From Halobacteriovoraceae bacterium (GTDB lineage: Bacteria > Bdellovibrionota > Bacteriovoracia > Bacteriovoracales > Bacteriovoracaceae), in NCBI GenBank assembly GCA_963719505.1, contig CAVRCF010000001.1:448001-512000 (forward strand): a stretch of DNA of 64,000 nucleotides, given 5' to 3'. Under the pieces are notes generated by a model, which saw only the letters and a list, made by a program, of their open reading frames with translations, searched no databases and had not been told where the DNA came from. Below, piece after piece: positions 1-8,720 of this stretch. Position numbers and translations under genes: made by a program. How positions within the stretch are numbered: position 1 is the stretch's first letter; the number at the start of each line of letters is the position of its first letter.

Positions 1-129
1 GAGAATGAAGAGAAAATCCTTATCGAGTCTTCAGATGTAATAAACTTACCCACATTTATTTTGAGAGCATCAACTGCAGTTTCATATTGTGCCGGTTACG
101 TAAGTGCTAAAATGCAATTGAATGTTTGA
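1..129 (+). CDS. rsmE: 3' end of 16S rRNA m3U1498 methyltransferase RsmE (partial, truncated by window edge)
   Basis: Frame 1 reads ENEEKILIESSDVINLPTFILRASTAVSYCAGY...*, resembling the RsmE C-terminal E..E...L...ILRaeTA motif; not in the ORF track. Confidence 0.6.
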   Translation, partial: ENEEKILIESSDVINLPTFILRASTAVSYCAGYVSAKMQLNV

Positions 130-173
130 AGACTTAACAGAAATATGAGATTCTTCTATAAGGGAGATAATGC

Positions 174-878
174 ATGAACAATTCTGAAGATCTTGAGATT
201 GATAGATTATTAGACGAAAACTTTTTTAAGCCAGTGACGAAAGGTTTGGGCTTTCACCATTCCTTAAAAGATAAAAAAGAAGTAGCAGGATCTCTAAGAG
301 AAAAAAGCTTAGATTTAAAAGCTGACCTAGATAAAAGATCGAGAGAGTTAAACATTAGAAATTCTTTTGAGAATACTTCATCTTTAAAAACTGGTGAACT
401 AAGTGCATTCTATCAAGCTCCAGAAAGTAAAGCTGTAGAGCTTAACTTAGATGGTGATTTATCAGAGTCTTTCCAAATGGAAGCAAACCTCCTCCCCCGT
501 TTTGGTGCGTGGATAGCTGACATGGTTATTATTACTTGTGCTTTGAGCCTTATGGCCATCGCAGCAATCTTCATAAGCGATATCCCCCTCTCCTTTTTTA
601 GAGAAAATATCTTCAACCTAGATATCGGTTTTTTCGCAATAGCCTTAACTTCTCTTTTTTACGTTTTCTATTTTTCTTTTTTTGATAAGACAGAATTCTC
701 CACCCCAGGAAAAAGAATTTTTGGTTTAAAAGTTCAAAGATTAAATGGAGAGAACATTGATTTGATACAAGCATTAAATAGATCGCTTGTCTCTCTTCTG
801 TCCTTGCTAACTTTTGGACTTGGCAATATCCTCAAGGTTCAAGACAAACTGACTGATTCTATTGTCGTTTCAAAATGA
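174..878 (+). CDS. RDD family membrane protein with soluble N-terminal extension
   Basis: RFGAWIADM, three hydrophobic segments, [11 protein letters not shown] and [10 protein letters not shown] are the RDD signature; SD GGGAG upstream. Confidence 0.8.
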   Translation: MNNSEDLEIDRLLDENFFKPVTKGLGFHHSLKDKKEVAGSLREKSLDLKADLDKRSRELNIRNSFENTSSLKTGELSAFYQAPESKAVELNLDGDLSESFQMEANLLPRFGAWIADMVIITCALSLMAIAAIFISDIPLSFFRENIFNLDIGFFAIALTSLFYVFYFSFFDKTEFSTPGKRIFGLKVQRLNGENIDLIQALNRSLVSLLSLLTFGLGNILKVQDKLTDSIVVSK

Positions 879-1327
879 GTTTTTCTCCTGAGCTTGAAAA
901 ATTTCTCACTGAAAATAAAGACAAAAAAATTGTTTTTACTAATGGCTGTTTTGATATCCTCCACAGAGGCCACTTGACCTATCTGGCTGAAGCTAAATCG
1001 TGTGCAGACAAATTAGTAGTTGGTCTTAATTCAGATGCCAGTGTAAAGCGTCTCAAGGGTCCTGAGCGTCCAATTAACAATGAAGAAGATCGCAAGTTTA
1101 TGCTCGAGAATCTGAGATCAGTTGACCATGTAGAAATCTTTGAAGAAGACACACCCCTAAAACTCATTCAAGCTATCCTTCCCCAAGTTTTAGTGAAGGG
1201 TGGAGATTGGAAAATCGAGCAGATAGTAGGATCATCCGAGGTTTTAGCCGCTGGTGGAGATGTTTATTCTCTAAACTTTATTGATGGATTCTCTACAACA
1301 AACATTATTGAGAAGATAAAAAAGTAA
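875..1327 (+). CDS. rfaE2: D-glycero-beta-D-manno-heptose 1-phosphate adenylyltransferase (HldC / RfaE domain II)
   Basis: [47 protein letters not shown] motifs. Confidence 0.92.
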   Translation: MSFSPELEKFLTENKDKKIVFTNGCFDILHRGHLTYLAEAKSCADKLVVGLNSDASVKRLKGPERPINNEEDRKFMLENLRSVDHVEIFEEDTPLKLIQAILPQVLVKGGDWKIEQIVGSSEVLAAGGDVYSLNFIDGFSTTNIIEKIKK

Positions 1328-1377
1328 CTGTAAGTGTCCTAAATTACAGTAAAACCTGATTAAATCACTAAAATATC

Positions 1378-1404
1378 TAAAGTAATACCTGAGTAAGTCG
1401 ATAT
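1378..1404 (+). promoter_or_regulatory. sigma28 (FliA)-type promoter of flagellin
   Basis: TAAA-N15-GTCGATAT versus consensus TAAA-N15-GCCGATAA, 76 bp upstream of the flagellin ATG. Confidence 0.75.
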
Positions 1405-1480
1405 GTTATGTAGCTGTACGTTTGGTTGGCTATTTAACATAAATTTTTGTGCTAAAGATTAGCATCGAAAGGAGAGAGAA

Positions 1481-2314
1481 ATGGGCTTAAGAATTAAAAC
1501 GAACATTGCCTCACAAGCTGTTCAAAACAACTTAAAAAAAGTAGATCAAAAAACTTCCGATAGTTTTGAGAGGCTATCTTCGGGAAAGAGAATTAACAAG
1601 TCTGCTGATGATGCGGCCGGTTTAGCTATTGCAAACAAAATGCAGGCTGAAGTAATTGGTCTAAAGATGGCAGAGAGAAATGCGAGTAATGGTATTTCAA
1701 TGGTTCAAGTTGCCGAAGGTGGTTTAGAAGAATCATCTAATATTTTAACAAGAATGAGAGAACTCTCAATCCAAGCTGCTTCAGACACAGTGGGTGAACG
1801 AGAAAGAGGGTACTTGAATCTAGAGTACGAACAACTTAATCAAGAAATCGATAGGATTTCTAAGACGACAAAATTTAGTGGTCGAGAACTTCTTACTGGA
1901 GAAGGCGATGGACCTCTAGACTTCCATGTCGGTGCATATGCCGGCGAAGAGAATAGAATTACCTTTGACTCAAGTGAAGCAAACGCAACTTCATCTGGTT
2001 TGGGGATTGACGGTACCAATATTACGAGTAAAGACGATGCCGTCGGAAATTTAGAAAAAATTGATGAAGCAATTGATAAGGTGTCAGGTTTTAGAGCAAA
2101 CCTTGGTTCAATCCAGTCAAGGCTTCAGTCTACAATCTCAAATCTAGGAACTCAGACTGTTAATACCGATGCAGCGAGAAGTAGAATTGAAGATGTTGAT
2201 GTTGCATCAGAGTCAGCAAAACTGGCATCAAGTAATGTTATCAAATCAGCCGCGACTGCTACATTAGTCCAGGCGAATGGAATTTCTAACTCGGCACTTA
2301 GGCTAGTTGGATAA
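1481..2314 (+). CDS. fliC: Flagellin (short, 277 aa, D0/D1 only)
   Basis: ERLSSGKRINKSADDAAGLAI, QVAEGGL, RANLGSIQSRL, SRIEDVDVA. Confidence 0.97.
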   Translation: MGLRIKTNIASQAVQNNLKKVDQKTSDSFERLSSGKRINKSADDAAGLAIANKMQAEVIGLKMAERNASNGISMVQVAEGGLEESSNILTRMRELSIQAASDTVGERERGYLNLEYEQLNQEIDRISKTTKFSGRELLTGEGDGPLDFHVGAYAGEENRITFDSSEANATSSGLGIDGTNITSKDDAVGNLEKIDEAIDKVSGFRANLGSIQSRLQSTISNLGTQTVNTDAARSRIEDVDVASESAKLASSNVIKSAATATLVQANGISNSALRLVG

Positions 2315-2327
2315 ACAAATGTAAATA

Positions 2328-2384
2328 GGGGACGAGAGTCCTCACTTAAGCCCGCCTCTTTAATTCAAGACGTCTTAAAGAGGC
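2328..2384 (+). other. Two hairpins in the flagellin 3' UTR (no U-tract)
   Basis: GGGGAC-GAGA-GTCCTC (GNRA loop) and GCCTCTTTAA-N11-TTAAAGAGGC. Confidence 0.5.
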
Positions 2385-2402
2385 TAATATCAAAAGGTAA
2401 GA

Positions 2403-3152
2403 ATGAAACAAGTAGGAAAAAATCAATTAAAGAAAAATTATTCTGCTTGGGCAATCTTTAGTATCATCAATAATACAAAGATTTCTGAGAAACCTATTGT
2501 GGGCTGGAGAATGGTTGCTGGTAAAAAGGTGACGGTGGATCTCTACATAAGGGTCATTAGAAAATTTAGAAATGAATTTGTCATTAGACCCATAAAAGAA
2601 AGTGGTCAAAAAATCCTCGGTGATTTAGTAGCAGGTAGTGAAAGCATAAACCTTTTCCTACCGAGTGATCTTGTTCTTTGTCAGAGTCAGGTGAAAAAAA
2701 TTGAAGCTAACGGAGATATAACAGTCTCTATGCCCGAGATGATTGCGCAAATTGACCGGCGCAAACACCTGCGACTTTTCAGAGAAAGTGGCGTTAGTAT
2801 TGGTGTGGATTTCCAAAAAGAGCTGGGAACACACACACAAAGAGTTCAGTTTTTTAGCAAAGATTGTTTTGATATTAGTGCTGGAGGTCTTTCATTTATC
2901 CTCTCAAGAACTGAGAGTAAGTATTTCCAAAAAGAAAATGTTATTAATTCCATGACCCTTAATTTAGATGGCAAAAAGACTAAACTTAACGGAAGGATTG
3001 TAAATATTTTCGACGTGGAGCCAGATGATCAAAATGGCTTAATCTATAAAAGTAAAAAAGTATGCATCCAATTTGAACAACCCTCACAACAACAACAGAA
3101 GGTGATCAATGACTATGTTTTCAAGTATCTTGATATTGAAGATGCCATTTAA
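2403..3152 (+). CDS. PilZ-domain c-di-GMP receptor (YcgR/flagellar-brake-like architecture)
   Basis: RRKHLR (RxxxR) and DISAGG (DxSxxG) motifs in the C-terminal half; follows flagellin. Confidence 0.8.
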   Translation: MKQVGKNQLKKNYSAWAIFSIINNTKISEKPIVGWRMVAGKKVTVDLYIRVIRKFRNEFVIRPIKESGQKILGDLVAGSESINLFLPSDLVLCQSQVKKIEANGDITVSMPEMIAQIDRRKHLRLFRESGVSIGVDFQKELGTHTQRVQFFSKDCFDISAGGLSFILSRTESKYFQKENVINSMTLNLDGKKTKLNGRIVNIFDVEPDDQNGLIYKSKKVCIQFEQPSQQQQKVINDYVFKYLDIEDAI

Positions 3153-3162
3153 TTGAAAAGAC

Positions 3163-3171
3163 TGCTATAAT
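3163..3171 (+). promoter_or_regulatory. Extended -10 sigma70 promoter
   Basis: TGCTATAAT ending 7 nt before the ATG at 3179; no SD. Confidence 0.5.
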
Positions 3172-3178
3172 CAAGAAT

Positions 3179-3937
3179 ATGTCAGTTGTTTCATTTTCAG
3201 ACCTTCATTATTCCCATAAATATCCTAAGTCGAAGCATATTTGGTCGCTCTTTTGCCGCGAACCCAAGGTTCAATCCGCTAAGACAATAGTGCTTCTCGG
3301 TGATATTTTTGACCTCATGATCGGTGCAAAAACTCAGTACATTGACTATTACTTTGACTTTTTTAATGACATAAAAACATTCATTGAAGCGGGGCAAAAG
3401 GTAATTTACGTTGAAGGAAATCATGACTTTCATCTGGAAAAAGTTTTTGAAAAATTCTTGAAAAAATATAAATTGGATGAGGACCTTTTTGAGTATAAAA
3501 AAGATGAATTTATCGTTGAGATAGATGGAAAAAGGATTCTTTTTTGTCACGGTGATCTTGTTGATGACACAAATGAAAGTTTTAAAAAATGGAAATCTAT
3601 CTATCGGAATACAGCGTTTGAGTTTTTCACAAACAATATTCTTCCTTTTTTCTTTATAAAAAAGATAGGGGAGAAGGCTTCAGCTGATTCAAAACAGAGA
3701 AACTCAAGAGCATTTGATTATGAGAAATCTAAAGAGCTTTATAGGGAAGGTGCTGAACGAGTCCTTAGGAACAATAGGGTTGATTACTTAATCGCAGGAC
3801 ACACCCATATTATTGATAACTACCAATCCGTCGATGGACTTTATCTTAATAATGGCTTTCCACTAAAAGACAAAACCTTCATTGAGATTGAAGGTGGTAA
3901 ATGTCACCTCGTCAGTTTAGTGGATTCATGTGAATGA
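3179..3937 (+). CDS. lpxH: UDP-2,3-diacylglucosamine diphosphatase (calcineurin-like metallophosphoesterase)
   Basis: SDLH, LLGDIFD, GNHD, HGD, GHTH motifs; size typical of LpxH. Confidence 0.75.
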   Translation: MSVVSFSDLHYSHKYPKSKHIWSLFCREPKVQSAKTIVLLGDIFDLMIGAKTQYIDYYFDFFNDIKTFIEAGQKVIYVEGNHDFHLEKVFEKFLKKYKLDEDLFEYKKDEFIVEIDGKRILFCHGDLVDDTNESFKKWKSIYRNTAFEFFTNNILPFFFIKKIGEKASADSKQRNSRAFDYEKSKELYREGAERVLRNNRVDYLIAGHTHIIDNYQSVDGLYLNNGFPLKDKTFIEIEGGKCHLVSLVDSCE

Positions 3938-5522
3938 CTTCTTCTTGAATATCTTTTCCTAAAAGTTCTTTTACAACTGAATAGGTTCTGTTCTCTTTGA
4001 CATCTTTTGTGACAAGGACTAAGCGATCTGAAAACTTTGCAATCTGTGGAAGGTGAGTAATTGCAATAACCTGAGAAGATGATGCCACCTTAGTAAGGGC
4101 TTCACCAATTTTTAGAGCTGTTTCTCCGCCAATTCCAGTATCAATTTCATCGAAAAGAAAGATATTAATAGTATCTTGCGAAGATAGGATCTGTCTTATT
4201 GCTAGAAGTATTCTGGAAAGCTCACCACCTGATGCTGCATCTTTGACTTTGTAAAATCCTTCACCTGGATTTGTCTCTGCTAAAAAATTGATCTGTGAGA
4301 TTCCATTTGATGTGAGAGTTTCATTTTTAAGAACTTCTATTTTTATTGTTGATCCATTCATCCGAAGAGAGCGAATGGCTTTAGTGAGTTCAGTTGATAG
4401 TTTTTTCGCCATCTTCACTCTGATGTCGTGCAATTCATTGGCCGATTTTATAGCTTTACTTGTGAGTGTGAATGATTTCTCTTCAAGGGACATTAGGTTA
4501 TCAGAAATATTATTTAGAGAGTCTTTCTCTTCACTTAGCTCTTGCTGGATTCCAAGCAGTCCATCCGTGTCGGTTGAAAACTTCCTCTTTAGTCGTTGAT
4601 ACCCATCAAGTTTTTCAATGACGACATCTAACTCTATATCTTGAAGATCACTTTCTTCTAGTGAGGAAACTCTATATTGAAGATCACTTAAAAGCTCTTT
4701 TGCCGTTGTGAAATCATCAGCGAACTCACTATCCAAAAATTTACTAGCGGACATTATTTCTTTCTCTAAGAGGCTTAAGGAATTATTGAGACCAAGGTTG
4801 TCCTCAAAAATGCTTTCTACATTTGCAATAAACTTTGATCTATTTTCAAGATTCATCACGACTTGTTTTTGCTTAAGTAATTCTTTCTCATCTTCAACTG
4901 ATGGTGAAATTTTATCTAACTCATCTAGTTGAAAATTGATATAGTCGAGGCGCCCAGCGTGGTCAACACGCTTTGTTTTTAGCTCTTCTATTTGTTTATT
5001 GACCTCGATAAGCTGACTGTATACGCTAGAAAACTTTTCTTTAGTTGTTGAGTTTTGGGAGAAATTATCCAGAAGAACGAGTTGGTACTTCTCTGAAAGA
5101 AGTTTCTGATTTTCAAATTGTCCTACCAGATCTATAAAACGTTTTGAGAATTTTTGTAAAATTTGAAGTGAACAAGCTTGAAAATTTAAATATGACTTTG
5201 TTTTGCCTGAAGAGTATATGATTCTTTTTATCGTAATTTCTTCATTATCAAAAGGGTAACCCTCATTGTTAAAGAATTTTTCTATGTTGGGATCTTGGCA
5301 GCTGAAGACTGCTTCTATAGTTGAGTACTCACAGTCTTTTCTGACAAGTTTTTTGTCTGCTCTAGCTCCAAGAATCATTTGAAGTGCATCCAGAATTAAA
5401 CTCTTTCCAGAACCTGTTTCTCCTACGATTGTATTAAACCCTAAGCCAAAGTTAATGGTCTGATCTTCAAAGGTTGCAAAGTTTTTGAGAATCAGTTCTG
5501 TTAAAATCAATTTGTCATCCAT
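3912..5522 (-). CDS. recN: DNA repair protein RecN
   Basis: GETGSGKS Walker A, coiled coil, ASGGELSR, FDEIDTGIGG, ITHLPQIA. Confidence 0.96.
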   Translation of the reverse strand: MDDKLILTELILKNFATFEDQTINFGLGFNTIVGETGSGKSLILDALQMILGARADKKLVRKDCEYSTIEAVFSCQDPNIEKFFNNEGYPFDNEEITIKRIIYSSGKTKSYLNFQACSLQILQKFSKRFIDLVGQFENQKLLSEKYQLVLLDNFSQNSTTKEKFSSVYSQLIEVNKQIEELKTKRVDHAGRLDYINFQLDELDKISPSVEDEKELLKQKQVVMNLENRSKFIANVESIFEDNLGLNNSLSLLEKEIMSASKFLDSEFADDFTTAKELLSDLQYRVSSLEESDLQDIELDVVIEKLDGYQRLKRKFSTDTDGLLGIQQELSEEKDSLNNISDNLMSLEEKSFTLTSKAIKSANELHDIRVKMAKKLSTELTKAIRSLRMNGSTIKIEVLKNETLTSNGISQINFLAETNPGEGFYKVKDAASGGELSRILLAIRQILSSQDTINIFLFDEIDTGIGGETALKIGEALTKVASSSQVIAITHLPQIAKFSDRLVLVTKDVKENRTYSVVKELLGKDIQEEVIHMNPLN

Positions 5523-5533
5523 TTAAGTCTCTC

Positions 5534-6454
5534 TTACCGTTCACTTCTCCCGTGAACGAATTTCTCTTTTAGTGTGTGGTAAAACGATCTTTCGTCGTTT
5601 ACGATTAAAGATATTTTTTTGCGTGTGTCTTTTTCTACTTTTACCTCATCTCCCTTCTTAAACTCAAGAACAATTTGGCCATCTACCGTAATAACTGCAT
5701 CTTCGTCGTCATCTACGAGCTGAACTGAGAGTTTTGAGTGGTCTGAAACTATCAGTGGACGATGGGTCAGTGAATGTGGACAAACAGGCGTTAGTAAAAT
5801 TGCGTTAACTGAGGGGTGAACAATTGCTCCTCCCGCGGCAAGAGAATAAGCTGTGGAGCCCACTGTTGAACTGATAATGAGGCCGTCACCTGATAAATTA
5901 TAGATGTGCTCAGAGTCGCTCGAAACCGAAAGAGTAAGCATTCTGGCAATTGTTTTCTTGTTAAAAACAATATCATTCAAAAAGTGCCTTTTAGAGATCT
6001 CTTTTCCTTTCTCGGTAACGGATACTTTAAATAATTGCTGTTTTCTAATTGAATACTTTCCTGAAAATACGACATTCAATTTTTCATAGAAGTCAGTCTT
6101 ACTAAACTCTGTAATAAATCCTAACCTTCCAAGGTTGACTCCAAAAACGGGTACATTGGGATCGACCTTGCGACAGACTCCCAGGAGTGTACCATCGCCA
6201 CCAAGGGAAATGATCAATTGAGATTTTTTAAAGACATCTTTTTCAGATTTGAAATGTATTTGCTTTGTAACATTTGGTGGAAGATTACTATTTAATCTTT
6301 CTTTTTCTTTTTCTAAAAAAATTACAGTCTTATTTCTTTTTTTCAGCCACCTTACTAAGTTGGTAATAGTATTGGTTATATCTTCATAAGAGGAGGGCTT
6401 TAGAACTATAGCAATATCTTTAAATTCATCTTTTCTATTCATTTTCCTTCCCAT
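5534..6454 (-). CDS. nadK: NAD kinase (start may be ATG at 6442)
   Basis: LGGDGT, GRLGF, LND, GDG...GSTAYSLAAGG; conserved nadK-recN order. Confidence 0.95.
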   Translation of the reverse strand: MGRKMNRKDEFKDIAIVLKPSSYEDITNTITNLVRWLKKRNKTVIFLEKEKERLNSNLPPNVTKQIHFKSEKDVFKKSQLIISLGGDGTLLGVCRKVDPNVPVFGVNLGRLGFITEFSKTDFYEKLNVVFSGKYSIRKQQLFKVSVTEKGKEISKRHFLNDIVFNKKTIARMLTLSVSSDSEHIYNLSGDGLIISSTVGSTAYSLAAGGAIVHPSVNAILLTPVCPHSLTHRPLIVSDHSKLSVQLVDDDEDAVITVDGQIVLEFKKGDEVKVEKDTRKKISLIVNDERSFYHTLKEKFVHGRSER

Positions 6455-6806
6455 TAATCATGATTGAAAGTGCTTTTTTCATGTCTGCAAAAGGCTTGTT
6501 AAGAACAATGCAACCGTAGTCTTTAGCCTTTGTTAATACTTGTTCAGAGGAATAAGCCGTTATGATGATAAATTTTTGAGAAATCTCATCTTTTGTATAA
6601 AGCGCTTTAGAATCTTCGATGATATCGAAACCAGTAATATCCTGGAGCATAAGGTCACAGACTATTCTGTCAAAACTCTCTGATTTAATTTTTGAAAGGG
6701 CTTCTTTACCTCTAGACTCAGTTGTCACAGTAGCCCCCATTTTTTCGAGGAGCTTCTTTAGCGATTGCTGAATAAGGATTTCATCTTCAATGACTAGTAT
6801 TTTCAT
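6435..6806 (-). CDS. Single-domain response regulator (receiver only)
   Basis: ILVIEDE, CDLML phospho-Asp, ITAY, KPF. Confidence 0.9.
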   Translation of the reverse strand: MKILVIEDEILIQQSLKKLLEKMGATVTTESRGKEALSKIKSESFDRIVCDLMLQDITGFDIIEDSKALYTKDEISQKFIIITAYSSEQVLTKAKDYGCIVLNKPFADMKKALSIMINGKENE

Positions 6807-8139
6807 TAGGTAATTTTATAAGGAACTTAGCCCCTTTGTCACTTTTGACGCATGAGATCTCACCATTGAGCTTTTTGACAAGACTTTGGCATATTGCTAA
6901 CCCCAAGCCGGTTCCTTTCTCTTTTGTGGTAAAAAACGGTTTGAAGACTGTGGCACATTTATCATCGGCTATGCCGGGACCATTATCTTCGATGGTTAAC
7001 CTTAGATTGTCGTGATCTATTTCCACTTGTACATTTAAAGAGGCATTTGACCTCTCCTTACAAGCTTGAGCACTATTGATGACAATATTGAAAATAATTT
7101 GGGCTAACCAGGTGGGATTAGTTTTGTACATGAGCTCTGATTGTGATGATTCTACTGTCTTTAAAAGATGTCGGCTTTCACTTTTTGTCAGTGTAAAGAC
7201 TTCATTTACAAGCTTAAGAATATCAATGACTTCAAATTCGTTAGTTTCTTTATAAAGATGGGTGAAGTTCTCCATTATACTTTGAGAGCGTTTGATACTT
7301 TTCAAAATTTCATTTATGAACTCGGTTTGCTCTTCGTTATGTTCTTCTAAAAGCAAAAGTTGAGTTGTGAGTTCAAGGCCAAAGATAGGATTACTTAACT
7401 CATGCCTTAAAGTATTCAAGAGCTCACCAAGCAGGGAAACCCTTTCATGGTGAAAGATATCGCCGTGATCGATCAGACTACTTTTTTTTCTCTCAAGCTT
7501 TAGGTCACTGCTTTGATGATCCAATACTGAGTATGGAGACAATTCAAGTGCATTTTTTATCTTGGCAGTTCTCGAAACTTTTAAATTTTGCTCAAGTCTA
7601 ATCTCTATAAAAGAGGGGAGAAGTGCTGTCACCAAATTAAACGTCTCAATTTCGTCCTTTGTCTGTGGGAGAAAGTCATTTCTGGAGAAGACGATGATAA
7701 TATTATAATTTGAAAGAGAAAACTCGTGTGCCAAGAAGGTTCCAAGAATATTTAGGTTAATCCCAGAGATTTTAGATTGTCCGAAAGATCTATTTTTTGA
7801 TTTTTTAATGGATTGAAAAAGAGAGCTAAAATCTGAAATATTGTGATGATAAACTCTATGGTTTGCTCTTAAGACTTCAAGGTGTTCAGACTTCGTTAAG
7901 CCTTTTTGATGAATAAAAAGATGAATAGTTTCAAAAGACTTTAAGCTTTTGAAAGAAAACAGTTTTTGGATAAACTCTACGAGGCTATCAGTTTCACTAA
8001 GAAAACTTGTTAATTGATTCAAAAGTTTAGCTTGGAAGCTAAACTTAGACTTTGCTTTTGTGACTCTGCTGGCCACATTATTGAGATGGCTTAGATCGTG
8101 TTGAGTCTCTTGATTTGGGGTATTGCTGTAATCTTCCAC
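6787..8139 (-). CDS. Cytoplasmic sensor histidine kinase
   Basis: H-box RHELSNP, N-box NIVINS, DNGPG, FFTTKEKGTGLGL; no clear transmembrane segment. Confidence 0.9.
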   Translation of the reverse strand: MEDYSNTPNQETQHDLSHLNNVASRVTKAKSKFSFQAKLLNQLTSFLSETDSLVEFIQKLFSFKSLKSFETIHLFIHQKGLTKSEHLEVLRANHRVYHHNISDFSSLFQSIKKSKNRSFGQSKISGINLNILGTFLAHEFSLSNYNIIIVFSRNDFLPQTKDEIETFNLVTALLPSFIEIRLEQNLKVSRTAKIKNALELSPYSVLDHQSSDLKLERKKSSLIDHGDIFHHERVSLLGELLNTLRHELSNPIFGLELTTQLLLLEEHNEEQTEFINEILKSIKRSQSIMENFTHLYKETNEFEVIDILKLVNEVFTLTKSESRHLLKTVESSQSELMYKTNPTWLAQIIFNIVINSAQACKERSNASLNVQVEIDHDNLRLTIEDNGPGIADDKCATVFKPFFTTKEKGTGLGLAICQSLVKKLNGEISCVKSDKGAKFLIKLPNENTSH

Positions 8140-8711
8140 TGAGTAAGGTTATCTTTTAGCTCATAATCAAGCAAGTCCAGAAGCATAATCTCATCGTTCC
8201 TTCTTTTTGCCGATAAAAGAGCTTTTGTGACAGAAAGAAGATGAATTTCCAATTGCTTTATGGTGTGGCCAGAGTCGAGCCTTTTATCAGTTTGAATAAC
8301 AAGACCTTGATGAATTTGTGTAATGAGTTGAATAAAGGTGTCAATTTTTTCAATGATATCACCTAAGACTGCAAGCATTAGGGTTGTTTGCTCATTTTTT
8401 GAAAAGTTAACGGCTAGATCAATAGTGCTGATAAGACCATCTAAATACATTGGAAGTTCATCAATTGTTTCTAGAAGAATATTTTTACTATTAGAAACCC
8501 GAAATTGGACAAGGTCCACATCAGTGAGGCTTCTGTTTAAAAATAAGCTTTGGTTACTACTGTTTACTTCCTCACCATTAACAAAGAGCTCAGTTAAATA
8601 CTCATCCTTCCCAAGATGATTACTTTTGATACTCGGTATAAGTTCAGCTACGGTTCTAATCGTGTCGAGTTGTATTGACACTTTTTTATCATTAAATTCT
8701 ATCGTCGCCAT
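8091..8711 (-). CDS. Hypothetical protein of flagellar/glycosylation loci
   Basis: 206-aa ORF with SD GGGG; C-terminal LLDLLDYEL...W motif recalled from uncharacterised proteins in fliD/fliS/maf loci. Confidence 0.55.
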   Translation of the reverse strand: MATIEFNDKKVSIQLDTIRTVAELIPSIKSNHLGKDEYLTELFVNGEEVNSSNQSLFLNRSLTDVDLVQFRVSNSKNILLETIDELPMYLDGLISTIDLAVNFSKNEQTTLMLAVLGDIIEKIDTFIQLITQIHQGLVIQTDKRLDSGHTIKQLEIHLLSVTKALLSAKRRNDEIMLLDLLDYELKDNLTQWKITAIPQIKRLNTI

Positions 8712-8720
8712 TTAAGCCCC

